DNA of 64,000 bases from an uncultured Planctomycetaceae bacterium (GTDB lineage Bacteria > Planctomycetota > Planctomycetia > Planctomycetales > Planctomycetaceae): positions 192,001-256,000 of the forward strand of contig CAWFGE010000013.1 in the NCBI GenBank assembly GCA_963815195.1, written 5' to 3'. The notes under the pieces were generated by a model. That model did no database searches and was not told the DNA's origin. It saw only the letters and a list, made by a program, of their open reading frames with translations. Shown here in pieces: positions 19,115-30,381 of the stretch. The position numbers were made by a program, and so were the translations under genes. Each line of letters opens with the position of its first letter. The stretch's first letter is position 1.

Positions 19115-20941
19115 ATGCCGGCGGATCTCTTGCCTTGGCTGGCGACGCTGCCGATCGTGGTGGTGGGCGGGTTTCTGGTGATTTTGCGTCTGCCCGCGAG
19201 CCGGGTGATGCCGTTGTCGTATCTGACGGCCGCCGGCCTGGCGTGGTGGGTATGGAAAGTGCCGGAACTGCAAATCGCCGCCGCGACGGTGCGGGGATTG
19301 GTGATCGCGGCGGAGCTGCTTTACATCGTGTTCGGCGCGATTTTGCTCTTGAACACGCTCCACGAAAGCGGCGCGCTGCGGGCGATTCGCCGGGGCTTCA
19401 CCGACATCTCGCCCGACCGCCGGGTGCAGGTGATTATCATCGCGTGGCTGTTCGGTTCGTTTATCGAGGGGGCTTCGGGGTTCGGCACGCCGGCGGCGGT
19501 CGCGGTGCCGTTGTTGGTGGGCTTGGGCTTTCCGCCGATGGCCGCGGTCGTGGCGGGGATGATGATCCAAAGCACGCCGGTGTCGTTTGGCGCCTTGGGC
19601 ACGCCGATTCTCGTCGGCGTGAACCAGGGGCTAGGCGACAACGCCGACGTGATTGCGTTCATGAAGTCCGCGGGCTTCGTGGGAGCCGGCGGCGAGGTGC
19701 TAAGGCCCGCGTTTTTGGTGATGATGGCGGGCAAGGTCGCCGTTTTGCACGCCGCGGTCGGCACGTTCATTCCGCTATGCGTCGTGGCGACGATGACGCG
19801 GTTCTTCGGTCCCCACCGTTCCTTCGCCGAGGGGCTTAAGGTTTGGAAGTTCGCCCTGTTCGCGGCGGTTTCGATGACGGCTCCCTATCTGGCCGTCGCC
19901 TGGTTTTTGGGGCCGGAGTTTCCTTCCCTCATCGGCGGACTGATCGGCCTCGCGGTCGTGGTCTCCGCGGCGAAAGCGGGCTTTCTGATCCCGCGGGGAA
20001 CGCCTTGGGACTTTGCTCCGCCCGAAGAATGGCCCTCCGATTGGACGGGCCTGTTGCACGTCGAAGAACCCGCGAAGACCGAAGCGCCGATGGGCTTGTT
20101 CCAAGCCTGGTTTCCGTATGTGCTCTTGGCGTTATTGCTGGTCGCGACCCGCGTGCCGGCGTTTCACATCGTGGATTGGCTCAAAGCCGACGCGGTGACG
20201 ATTTCGCTCAAGAACATATTTGGGACGGAGATCAATTACGACTCGCGGATTCTCTATGTGCCGGGGACGATTTTTCTGGTCGTGTCGTTCTTCACGTTCT
20301 TTCTTCACGGGATGAAGCCAGCCGGCTACAAGCGGGCCTGGGTGAACTCGGGGAAGACGATTCTCACCGCGTCGGTGGCGCTCGTGTTTACGGTGCCGAT
20401 GGTGCAGGTCTTTATCAATTCCAGCGGCGGCGCGGCGGGTTATACGGATATGCCGCAGGTTCTCGCGGACGGCGTGGCTGGGGCGGCCGGGTCGGCGTGG
20501 CCGTTTTTCTCGCCGTTCATCGGCGGGTTCGGAGCCTTCGTCGCGGGGAGCAACACGGTGAGCAACATGATGTTTTCGCTGTTCCAATTCGGCGTGGGGG
20601 AAAAGATCGGCGTCGATCCCTCGTGGATTGTCGCCCTTCAAGCCGTGGGCGGAGCCGCGGGCAACACGATCTGCGTGCACAACGTTGTCGCGGCCTCGGC
20701 CGTGGTGGGCATGGCCGGCCGCGAAGGCGCCGTCATCCGCAAAACCCTGCCTTTATTCGCGGGCTATTCGCTCCTGGCGGGCAGCCTGGGGTATGCGATC
20801 GTCATGGCTCCGTTGCGGGGTTGGTTCAATCTCGGCAGCGTTGTGTTTGCGATTCTGATCGTCGGCTTGATCGCCTGGACCGCAACACAACTGAACGCCG
20901 CCTCAAATGGCGATGCGATGGATCTCAACTCGCCGCGTTAA
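19115..20941 (+). CDS. lctP: L-lactate/glycolate permease (LctP family)
   Basis: [71 protein letters not shown]. Confidence 0.9.
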   Translation: MPADLLPWLATLPIVVVGGFLVILRLPASRVMPLSYLTAAGLAWWVWKVPELQIAAATVRGLVIAAELLYIVFGAILLLNTLHESGALRAIRRGFTDISPDRRVQVIIIAWLFGSFIEGASGFGTPAAVAVPLLVGLGFPPMAAVVAGMMIQSTPVSFGALGTPILVGVNQGLGDNADVIAFMKSAGFVGAGGEVLRPAFLVMMAGKVAVLHAAVGTFIPLCVVATMTRFFGPHRSFAEGLKVWKFALFAAVSMTAPYLAVAWFLGPEFPSLIGGLIGLAVVVSAAKAGFLIPRGTPWDFAPPEEWPSDWTGLLHVEEPAKTEAPMGLFQAWFPYVLLALLLVATRVPAFHIVDWLKADAVTISLKNIFGTEINYDSRILYVPGTIFLVVSFFTFFLHGMKPAGYKRAWVNSGKTILTASVALVFTVPMVQVFINSSGGAAGYTDMPQVLADGVAGAAGSAWPFFSPFIGGFGAFVAGSNTVSNMMFSLFQFGVGEKIGVDPSWIVALQAVGGAAGNTICVHNVVAASAVVGMAGREGAVIRKTLPLFAGYSLLAGSLGYAIVMAPLRGWFNLGSVVFAILIVGLIAWTATQLNAASNGDAMDLNSPR

Positions 20942-20974
20942 TCTCGTTACCTTCCATATTGGATTGAAATTCTC

Positions 20975-21727
20975 ATGTCCAAAAACTTTCGCGCGGAACT
21001 GCGGAGCAAGAAGCGGCTCTGGGGAACGATGGTCACGCTGCCCACGCCGGCGACGGCGGAGATTCTGGCGGATTTGGGGTTTGATTGGCTGTTCATCGAC
21101 GGCGAGCACGGGCCTTTGGAGACGGCGGAGATTCTGGGCATCCTGCAAACGGTGGGCGAGAAGGCCGCGTGCCTGGTGCGCGTGCCCGTCGCGGAAGAGA
21201 CGCCGATCAAAAAGGTCCTGGACCTGGGCGCGGCGGGGATTATCGCTCCGCAGGTCAACACGGCCCCACACGCGGCGAAGATCGTCGCGTGGTCGCGGTA
21301 TGCCCCGTTGGGTTCGCGGGGCGTGGGTTTGGCCCGCGCTCATGGCTACGGGCTCCGGTTTCAGGAGTATGTGGAATCCGCGAACGAGCAGGTGGCGGTC
21401 GTGGTGCAAGCCGAGCACGTCCGGGCCGTGGAGAACATCGAATCCATCGTCCAAGTCGAAGGCGTGGATGCGGTGCTGTTGGGGCCTTACGATCTTTCCG
21501 CCAGCCTCGGCAAGATGGGCCGGATCGACGATCCCGAAGTCGTCCAGGCGATCGAGCACATCACCCAAACCTGCCTGGCAGCGGGAATGCCGCTGGGCTA
21601 TTTCGGCGTCACGGCGGAGGCGGTCAAGCCTTACGTCCAAAAGGGCTACACGCTGATCGTCGCCGGCGTGGATACGCTGCTTCTGGGAACCGCCGCGGCC
21701 CGGCTGCTCGGGAAACTCAAGGAATAA
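20975..21727 (+). CDS. HpcH/HpaI family aldolase (GarL/RhmA-like)
   Basis: GFDWLFIDGEHGP, KKVLDLGAAGIIAPQV, RYAPLGSRG, LLGPYDLSASLG. Confidence 0.9.
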   Translation: MSKNFRAELRSKKRLWGTMVTLPTPATAEILADLGFDWLFIDGEHGPLETAEILGILQTVGEKAACLVRVPVAEETPIKKVLDLGAAGIIAPQVNTAPHAAKIVAWSRYAPLGSRGVGLARAHGYGLRFQEYVESANEQVAVVVQAEHVRAVENIESIVQVEGVDAVLLGPYDLSASLGKMGRIDDPEVVQAIEHITQTCLAAGMPLGYFGVTAEAVKPYVQKGYTLIVAGVDTLLLGTAAARLLGKLKE

Positions 21728-21920
21728 CCCAGAGGAAATGCCCGATCCCCCGCGTCCACAAACCGGGCGGGGGCTGCTTAAACTCCGTGCAGGGATTGCA
21801 AGCACGACCCGCGGATTACATTCCGGCAGGGCATTTTTTTCAGGAGTTCGGCGGCGAAATCCCGCGGGACTCCCATCGTTTTTCGCGATCCGACCTTCTT
21901 TCACAAGAACTTGACATGAT

Positions 21921-21936
21921 TGGCATTGGGATTGCT
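21921..21936 (+). promoter_or_regulatory. Candidate sigma54 (-24/-12) promoter
   Basis: TGGCAT-TGGGA-TTGCT with exact GG/GC spacing, about 65 nt upstream of the BON gene. Confidence 0.6.
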
Positions 21937-22002
21937 TCTTTAGCGGAAGACCCCAAAACCCCTCCGCCTCCGATGCTCCTCATGCGAAAGGAAGTCCCAT
22001 CG

Positions 22003-22239
22003 ATGATCGCCACCCGCACGCCCGTCAGCGAAAGCGAAGTCCTGCGTCAAGCCCGGCATGCGTTGACTCTCCGGCTGTCGAAGCTCAGCCAGCATTTGAC
22101 TTGTGAATTTCGCGAAGGGCTGTTGCTGTTGCGCGGGCGGGTTTCGTCGTATTATTACAAGCAAGTCGCACAGGAAGCGGTGCTCCGATTGGACGCGGTG
22201 GAACAAGTCGTCAACCAGATTGAAGTGAATCCCGTTTAG
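22003..22239 (+). CDS. Small BON-domain protein (no signal peptide)
   Basis: LTCEFREGLLLLRGRVSSYYYKQVAQEAV...VVNQIEV; AAGGA RBS. Confidence 0.8.
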   Translation: MIATRTPVSESEVLRQARHALTLRLSKLSQHLTCEFREGLLLLRGRVSSYYYKQVAQEAVLRLDAVEQVVNQIEVNPV

Positions 22240-22259
22240 TTCCGCGAAAGGCCGACGCC

Positions 22260-22628
22260 ATGCGAGCGCGACTTTTTCCCATGGACGATTCGCGGGGTCA
22301 ATCTCCCCTTGTGCTCGATTCCTTTCCCGTGATTTTAGGAATAGGGGACGATGCCCGGTTGCAAATTTCCGAAGAGCCCGCAAAAGCCCCGTACTGCCAG
22401 ATTGATCTGGAACAGGGCACGCTGGTGGCCGTCGATCTGGATTCTCCGGACGGAACCTGGGTTAACGGGGAGTCGATCCAGCAAGCACCGCTGATGCCCG
22501 GCGACAAGCTCGTGATCGGGCAAAGCGAGTTGGTTGTCTCGTACGAACGCCTCACCCGCCGCCCGCCGCCCGATGTTTTCTACCGCAGCGATTCGCCGGC
22601 TCCCGTCGCGAGCGATGTCGGGGAATAG
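22260..22628 (+). CDS. FHA-domain protein (degenerate)
   Basis: FPVILG...YCQI...VDLDSPDGTWVNG...LMPGDKLVIG; canonical G-R and SxxH motifs are missing. Confidence 0.75.
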   Translation: MRARLFPMDDSRGQSPLVLDSFPVILGIGDDARLQISEEPAKAPYCQIDLEQGTLVAVDLDSPDGTWVNGESIQQAPLMPGDKLVIGQSELVVSYERLTRRPPPDVFYRSDSPAPVASDVGE

Positions 22629-22729
22629 TTCAATTTCAGTCGCTCCAAAAGGGAAGAGCCGCGCACGAAGCAAGCGGTTTTGCGATGTCTGATCTCTTGA
22701 AAACCGCTTACTTCGTGCGCGGCTCAAGG

Positions 22730-23665
22730 TTAGCCACTCACGACGTGATCGATGTTTTCGCCGTTGTGCAGGTGCAATTGATTGCGGCCGCGGCGTTCCG
22801 ATTTGGCGAGGGCGTTGCCGGCCCGATTTAACACGAGGTCTTCGTTCTCGTGCGGATGGCAGTCGGTGTAGCCCAGGCTCGCGGTGATGAACACTTCCTG
22901 ACCGCTTTCGCTCACCCGGAAATGATGATGCCGGATCGAATCGCGGATCGCCCGCGCGAGTTTCGGCCCCAAATCGGGTTCGAGCGAAGGCAGGAGCACG
23001 CCGAAGGTGTTCTCATCATGCCGGCAGACCAGGTCTTCCTCGCGGGCCGCACGGATGATCACCCCGGCGAATTTTCGCAAGAGGACTTCCAAGCCTTCCG
23101 CGCCGAACCGCTCGGCCAACTTTTCATAACCATCCAGCTTGACGAACAGAAACCCGCTCGAGCGGTTGTGCTCGGTGCTCTTGGCGAGCATGGCGGTTAT
23201 GTTGATTTCCAGGGCCGACGCGTCGGGGGTTTTGGTGAGTTCGTCGGCCGGTTCGCGGATCCATTCGATTTCAAAGGGGGAAGACCCCGCGGGTGCGGGA
23301 GGTTTTCCGGAAATCACCTGCGCGACTTGCTGCTGGAGTTCCACGATGTCGGCGAGCGTTTCCAGAAGCGCATCGCGGCGGCTGGTGAGATCGGCGGTGT
23401 CTTCTTCGGACAAAACGAGTTGCCGGCATTCTTTGAGGGCTCGGGTCGCCTCGAACGCGGCTTCCAGGTTCTCCCGCACCATTGGCAACAAATCGGCCTG
23501 CCGGCCGGATGCCCGTTTGACCCGCGACCGCGAGGAGAACCAGGCATAAACGGCCCCGCAGGCAAAGCCCGCGCCCCCGGCCGCGAACAAGGCCCCCATC
23601 GCCCACAGCCAAAAGGTCAAAGGCGCTGCCGCGTTTGGCAGCCAGTCGCTCAAGGCCAAACCCAC
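22730..23665 (-). CDS. Membrane-anchored degenerate GGDEF-domain protein
   Basis: N-terminal TM, coiled coil, DELTKTP, FLFVKLDGY, REEDLVCRHDENTF, ITASLG, ALAKSERRGRNQ. Confidence 0.82.
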   Translation of the reverse strand: MGLALSDWLPNAAAPLTFWLWAMGALFAAGGAGFACGAVYAWFSSRSRVKRASGRQADLLPMVRENLEAAFEATRALKECRQLVLSEEDTADLTSRRDALLETLADIVELQQQVAQVISGKPPAPAGSSPFEIEWIREPADELTKTPDASALEINITAMLAKSTEHNRSSGFLFVKLDGYEKLAERFGAEGLEVLLRKFAGVIIRAAREEDLVCRHDENTFGVLLPSLEPDLGPKLARAIRDSIRHHHFRVSESGQEVFITASLGYTDCHPHENEDLVLNRAGNALAKSERRGRNQLHLHNGENIDHVVSG

Positions 23666-24048
23666 GAAATCGTCTCCAGCAGGATGAGGGGGAAATCCAC
23701 CGCGGCTCCGAAACTCACGGAACCGCCACCCTTAAGCCTAGCTTAAATCTCCACGTCAAATCGGCGATCGGCCGGTTCCGCCTGCCCGAATCCGGCTCGG
23801 AAGATGCCGGTGGTGAGGGTTATCACGGTTGCAGAAAATCAGGCTGCGTTGTGGCTGGGCAGTTTCCTGAACTGAAGGAACCGATTCTCCCGCACAAAAT
23901 CAAAGCAAAGCTGCCTGTGCAGAAGGCGGGAATCGCGAAGATGCAGATCGCCTTGGGCGTAAGCCCAAGTTTGCTCTCGTCGCACAAGCCAACTTGACGA
24001 AATGAAACACCGCAGGATACAACCCGTATTGTGAGCACAAACCAATCC

Positions 24049-24064
24049 CGGCATATTCTTTGCT
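24049..24064 (+). promoter_or_regulatory. Candidate sigma54 (-24/-12) promoter of the ATP-grasp operon
   Basis: CGGCAT-ATTCT-TTGCT with correct spacing, about 66 nt upstream of ATG 24131. Confidence 0.6.
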
Positions 24065-24130
24065 GTTCGGGGGAATCCAATGAACTCTCCCGGTGACATT
24101 TCGGTTCGGTTCTAAAACTCCAGCGAGCCC

Positions 24131-25646
24131 ATGACTGATTCCTCCGCCGCGGCGAACGGCTGTTACGACGAAATGTACGATGGCGACGGGCACCCCCGGC
24201 GAAAAATCTTCGCGGAGCAACTGGGGGGGCTGACCGCGGAGGACCTTCGGCATCGGCAGAACCGCGCGGAATCCACGCTGCTCACGCGGGGCATCACGTT
24301 TGCCGTCTATGGCGACCAGGCGGGAAATGAAAAAATCTGGCCGTTCGACATCATCCCCCGCATCCTCGACGGGGCGGAATGGCAAATCGTCGAGAACGGT
24401 TTGAAGCAGCGGATCCGCGCTGAACCTGTTCATCGAGGATGTCTATAACCAGGGGCAAATCTTGAAGGACAAGGTCGTCCCCGAAGAAATGATCCGCACC
24501 GCCAAAACCTTCCGCCCGCAATGCCAGGGTCTTAAACCCGCGAAAGGCGTGTGGGCCCACGTCACCGGGACCGACCTGGTTCGCGATGCCGACGGGCAAA
24601 TTTATGTGCTCGAAGACAACCTCCGCTGCCCGTCGGGCGTGTCGTATGTTCTCGAAAACCGCGAGATTATGAAGCGGATTCTGCCCGAGGTGTTTCGCGG
24701 GTCGCCCGTGGCTCCGGTGGAAGACTATCCCGAACGCCTCTTGCAAACGCTGCTCGAAACCGCGCCGCCCTCGGCCCACTATCCCACCGCGGTGGTCTTG
24801 ACGCCCGGAATTTATAACTCGGCGTACTTCGAGCATTCGTTCCTCGCCCAGCAGATGGGCGTGGAATTGGTGCAAGGCTCGGACCTCAGCGTGGAAAACG
24901 GCCGCGTGGTGATGCACACCACCAAGGGCAAGCAGCCGGTGGATGTGATTTATCGGCGGATCGATGATGACTTCCTCGACCCGAAATGCTTTCGCGAGGA
25001 TTCCTGCCTCGGTGTGCCGGGCTTGATGGATGTCGTCAAAGCCGGCCGGGTGACATTGGCCAACGCCCCCGGCACCGGCATCGCGGATGATAAAGCCCTC
25101 TACGCCTTTGTGCCCGAAATCATCAAGTACTACCTGGGTGAAGACGCAATCCTGCCGAACGTGCCGACGTATATCTGCGCGGACGAGAAGGAAAAGAATT
25201 ACGTGCTCTCGCATCTCGACAAGTTGGTCGTCAAGCCCACCAACGAATCCGGCGGGTACGGGATTTTGATGGGGCCGCAGGCATCGAAGGAGGAACGTGA
25301 AAAGTGCGCCCAGGCGGTGAAGGCCAATCCGCGGAATTACATCGCCCAGCCGATGCTGTCGTTGTCCACGGTGCCGACGATTGTGGACGACCACACCGAA
25401 CCCCGGCACGTGGACCTGCGGCCGTTCATTTTGTGCGGGGAAGACATTTACGTGCTGCCGGGCGGCTTGACGCGCGTCGCCTTGAAAAAAGGCTCGATGA
25501 TCGTCAATTCCTCCCAAGGCGGCGGCAGCAAAGACACCTGGGTCCTGGCGGACAACCTGGCCGCGGCGGCCGACCAAATCGTCCCCCTGCAAAACCAGCA
25601 ATCCCAATCGAACGGCCACCAATCGCAATCCCAATCCGCCGAGTGA
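24131..25646 (+). CDS. Circularly permuted type 2 ATP-grasp protein (frameshift near 24418)
   Basis: [84 protein letters not shown]. Confidence 0.92.
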
Positions 25647-25677
25647 ATCGCGGCAATCACAGGAGCAAGTCCAAGGC

Positions 25678-26637
25678 ATGCTAAGCCGGGTCGCGGAATC
25701 GATTTACTGGATGAGCCGCTACATCGAGCGGGCCGAGAACGTGGCCCGGTTTATCGATGTGAACCAGAACCTCACTTTGAGTTTCCAAGGCAGCTTCTCG
25801 CCGCAGTGGGCGCCGCTGGTTTATACGACCGGCGACGAGGCTTTGTTTGAGGAGATTTACGGAACGGGCAGCTTCGATCAGCAGCGGGTGTTTCAGTTTT
25901 TGACGTTTGACACCCGCAATCCCAATTCGATTCTCTCCTGCCTCACTCGGGCCCGGGAGAACGCCCGCTCTGTCCGCGAGAACTTGACGACGCCGATGTG
26001 GGAGGAGATCAACAAGTTCTTCCTGCAAGTTCGCGGGGCGGCGGCGCGGCCGGTGCTCGCGCAGCCTTATGATTTTCTGAACGACGTCAAACGCAGCAGC
26101 CATCTGATTTGGGGCGTGACCGACTCCACGATGTCGCACAGCGAAGGCTGGCACTTCAGCCGCATGGGCCGGTTTCTGGAGCGGGCCGACAAGACCTCGC
26201 GGATCCTCGACGTGAAGTATTTCATCCTGCTTCCCGATCTCAAAGACATCGGCACGCCGATGGACGCCGTGCAATGGGGGGCGCTTCTCGAATCCACGAG
26301 CGCCCTGCAGATGTACCGCAAGTTTCACGGGCGGATCATCCCGCTCAAGGTTGCTGACTTTTTGATTTTGGACCGCTTGTTCCCGCGGTCGATGCACTTC
26401 TGCATTATCCGCGTGGAAGAGTCGCTGCACGCCGTGACCGGCGAGGCCGAGGGCGGTTTCAGCAATCCCGCCGAGAAACTCGTGGGCCGGCTCAAGGCGG
26501 AACTCGATTACATGCACATCGACGATGTCATCGCCCAAGGCATGCACCAGTTTATCGATGGCTTCCAATCGCAAATGAACGATGTGGGCAAAGCCATTCA
26601 CCAAAGCTTCTTCAGGCGCGAACCCGCCGTGGTTTGA
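25678..26637 (+). CDS. Alpha-E domain protein (DUF403)
   Basis: MLSRVAESIYWMSRYIERAEN, ARENARSVRE, GRFLERADKTSRILDVKY, FPRS. Confidence 0.92.
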   Translation: MLSRVAESIYWMSRYIERAENVARFIDVNQNLTLSFQGSFSPQWAPLVYTTGDEALFEEIYGTGSFDQQRVFQFLTFDTRNPNSILSCLTRARENARSVRENLTTPMWEEINKFFLQVRGAAARPVLAQPYDFLNDVKRSSHLIWGVTDSTMSHSEGWHFSRMGRFLERADKTSRILDVKYFILLPDLKDIGTPMDAVQWGALLESTSALQMYRKFHGRIIPLKVADFLILDRLFPRSMHFCIIRVEESLHAVTGEAEGGFSNPAEKLVGRLKAELDYMHIDDVIAQGMHQFIDGFQSQMNDVGKAIHQSFFRREPAVV

Positions 26638-26774
26638 ATGGAAATCATAAACCACAAAGACACGAAGAAAACAGATCGAGCCGCGGATGATAGGCGGATT
26701 GAACGGGACACAAATCCCAAAACCAAATGACAAAATCCTAAGAAGCTGGAAATGTTTTTATGCGGCGAGGTTTT

Positions 26775-26990
26775 TACCGCGAAGCGGTTACATCACAAAG
26801 CCCAGAATCGCGAAGCGCATTCTGGGTGATGAGTGATGAGCGCCCGGTATTCCTTACGCCGAAGGCGTTATACAACAGTTTTGTATAACGCCTTCGGCGT
26901 ATTAAGGGTTATTTTGGGACCTGAAACCCAGGGTGGCGCGGCTGCGCCGCTGACCCTGGGCTTTGTTATGTAACGCCTTCGGCGTAAAGA
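26775..26990. repeat. Composite REP/BIME-like palindromic cluster (TACGCCGAAGGCGTTA family)
   Basis: Perfect 21-bp inverted repeat 26855-26875 / 26881-26901; CCCAGGGT...ACCCTGGG hairpin; further copies at 26775 and 26971. Confidence 0.8.
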
Positions 26991-27038
26991 CAAAACCCGT
27001 TGCCTGTCTGATTTTTCTCCTTTTGATTTTCCGCTCCT

Positions 27039-30000
27039 ATGACTATTCAGATTGCGCTTTCGCATAAGACCCAGTATCGTTATGACCGTCTCGTTACATT
27101 GGGGCCGCAGGTGGTGCGGTTGCGGCCGGCTCCGCATTGCCGGACACCGATTGTCAGCTATTCGCTGAAGGTCTCGCCCGAGACACATTTTTTGAACTGG
27201 CAGCAGGACCCGCACGGGAATTACCTGGCCCGGCTGGTGTTTCTGGAAAAGACTCGCGAGTTTTCCGTCGAAGTCGATGTGATCGCCGAGATGACGGTGA
27301 TTAACCCGTTCGACTTCTTCATCGAAGCCTCGGCGGAGAAGTTTCCGTTCGTCTATGCCGAGGATTTGGCGCACGACCTCCGCCCGTTTTTGCGGACGGA
27401 ACCCGGCGGGCCGAAGTTTGACGGCTATCTGAACGCGGTCGATAAAACGCCCCGGCGGACGGTGGAGTTTTTGATCGAACTGAACCAAAAGCTCCAACAG
27501 GATGTGGATTACCTGATCCGCATGGAGCCCGGCGTGCAATCGCCCGAAGAGACGCTCGCGAACGGTTCCGGTTCGTGCCGGGATTCCAGTTGGCTCCTGG
27601 TGCAGTTATGCCGGCATCTGGGACTGGCGGCCCGGTTTGTCTCGGGGTATCTCGTGCAGCTGGCCCCGGACATCAAATCGCTGGATGGCCCGTCGGGTCC
27701 CGAAAGCGATTTCACCGATCTGCACGCCTGGGCCGAGGTCTATCTGCCGGGAGCGGGTTGGGTGGGGATGGATCCCACCTCGGGTTTGCTCGCGGGGGAA
27801 GGGCATATTCCGCTGGCGGCGACGCCTCATCCGATGTCGGCGGCTCCGATCTCCGGCGGCGTGGAACAGTGCGAAACCGAGTTCCATTTCGAGATGGCCG
27901 TCACGCGCTTTCATGAAGATCCCCGCGTGACCAAGCCCTACACCCCAGAGCAATGGCAGCAAATTCAAGCCCTCGGCCGGTCCGTGGACCAAAAACTTCA
28001 AGCGGGCGACGTGCGGCTGACGATGGGCGGCGAGCCGACGTTTGTGTCCATCGACGATATGGAAGGCGACGAATGGAACATCGCCGCCGTCGGCCCCACG
28101 AAAAAACTGTTGGCGTCGAATTTATTGTTCCGGCTTTACGACCGGTTTGCCAAGGGGGGGCTCTTGCATTATGGGCAGGGCAAGTGGTATCCCGGCGAAT
28201 CGTTGCCTCGCTGGGCGCTGAAGTTGTTTCTGGCGAACCGACGGCGAGCCGCTGTGGAACAATCCCGAATTGATCGCCAAGGAGGAAGTGGCCTATCAGC
28301 ACACGCCGGAAGACGCCCGCCGATTCACCCGGGAGCTGGCGAAGGAGTTGGACGTCGATCCCCAATGGATCGTCACGGCGTACGAGGACGTTTGGCATTT
28401 CCTGCAGCAAGAGCAAAAGCTGCCCGTGCACGTCGATCCTTCGCAATGGGACCTTAAAGACAGCGAAGAACGCCGGCGGCTGGCGCGGGTCATTGAACGC
28501 GGGATGGACACGCCCGTGGGCTGCATGCTGCCTTTGCGCCAACAGTGGTGGCAAGCTCGGCCGCAGTGGGTCAGCGGTCCCTGGCCGATTCGCTCCGAAA
28601 AGTTATTCCTGATTCCCGGCGATTCGCCGATGGGCCTGCGATTGCCTTTGGATTTGCTCTTCACTTCGTCCGGTGGGGATCGGCCCTGGTTTTATGAACG
28701 CGACCCGATGGCCCCGCGACCGGCCCTTCCCCACCGGGAAGAATTATTGCGGTCCCTGACCGGAGAATCTCGCCCCGTGACGCAACTTCGCGGCGGGAAA
28801 ACCGGTGAGCAGCCGGAAGTCAAACCGGAGGAAGACCACGAGCGGAGTGACGAGCCGGCGGATGCGATCCGCACCGCGATGTGCATCGAGCCGCGAAACG
28901 GCCGATTGCATATCTTCATGCCGCCCACGGAGCGGTTGGAAGACTATCTGGAACTCATCACCAAGGTGGAGCAAACCGCCGAGGCCTTGGAGATGCCGGT
29001 GGTGATTGAGGGCTATCTTCCGCCGCCGGACGATCGGTTGAACCACATCAAAGTCACGCCCGATCCCGGGGTGATTGAAGTCAATGTGCAGCCGGCCCAC
29101 GACTGGGAGGAGTTGGTCGCGATCACGACGGGCATTTACGAGGATGCCCATTTCTCGCGGTTGGGGACGGAGAAATTTCAACTGGACGGCCGGCACACCG
29201 GCACGGGCGGCGGGAATCATCTCGTGTTGGGCGGCCCCACGCCTGCGGACAGCCCGTTTCTCAGGCGGCCGGATTTGCTCCGCAGTTTGATTGCGTATTG
29301 GATCAATCACCCGGCGCTGTCGTATATTTTTTCGGGGATGTTCATCGGCCCGACCAGCCAGGCCCCGCGCGTGGATGAAGGCCGGCGGGATGCGATTTAC
29401 GAACTCAAAATCGCGATGGAGCAAATTCCCGAACGGGGCCACGTGCCGCCTTGGCTGGTGGACCGGGTGTTTCGGCATTTGCTGGTCGATCTCACGGGCA
29501 ACACGCACCGGGCCGAGTTTTGCATCGACAAACTCTACTCGCCGGATTCCAGCACCGGTCGGCTTGGGTTGGTGGAGTTTCGCGCTTTCGAAATGCCGCC
29601 GCACGCGCGGATGTCCCTCACCCAGCAGCTTTTGGTGCGGGCGATCGTGGCGAGGTTTTGGGAAGCGCCTTACCGCGAAGAGTTGATCTCGTGGGGCACG
29701 GCTCTCCACGACAAATTCATGCTGCCGCATTTCTTGATGGAGGATTTTCGCGATGTGATCACGGGCATGCAGTCGGCGGGATTTGATTTGGAACCCGATT
29801 GGTTCCTGCCGCACTTTGAGTTTCGCTGTCCGGTGATCGGAAAACTTTCGGAAAAGGGGATGCAGCTTACGCTCCGGCAGGCCATCGAACCCTGGTATGT
29901 CTTGGGGGAAGAGCCGGCGGGCGGGGCGACGTCGCGGTTTGTGGATTCTTCGGTGGAGCGGTTGGAAGTCAAAGCCGGGGGGCTGAATCCCGAACGCTAT

Positions 30001-30381
30001 TCCATCGTCTGCAACGGCCGGGCCGTGCCTTTGCATCCGACGGGGGTGGAAGGGGAATACGTGGCGGGGGTCAGGTATCGGGCCTGGCAGCCGCCGAGTT
30101 GTCTGCATCCGACGATTCCCGTCGATACGCCTTTGGTGTTCGACATTGTGGACCGCTGGAACGACCGCTCGGTCGGAGGCTGCAAATACCATATAGACCA
30201 CCCAGGCGGACTCAACCCGGGCACATTTCCCATCAATGCCCTGGAAGCGGAGAGCCGCCGGGCTTCCAGATTTTTTAAAATGGGTCATACTGGAGGAGCG
30301 GTGCGGGTGCGTCCCGAACCGCCGAACCCGGAATTTCCGTTGACCCTGGACCTCCGCCGCCATCGCCCATCCCATCTATGA
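27039..30381 (+). CDS. Transglutaminase-like domain fused to DUF2126 putative amidoligase (frameshift near 28222)
   Basis: RLRPAPHCRT, triad GSCRDS / DLHAWAE / GMDPT, LTMGGEPTFVSIDD, VTPDPGVIEVN, GTGGGNH, GNTHRAEFCIDKLYSPD, FPLTLDLR. Confidence 0.92.
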
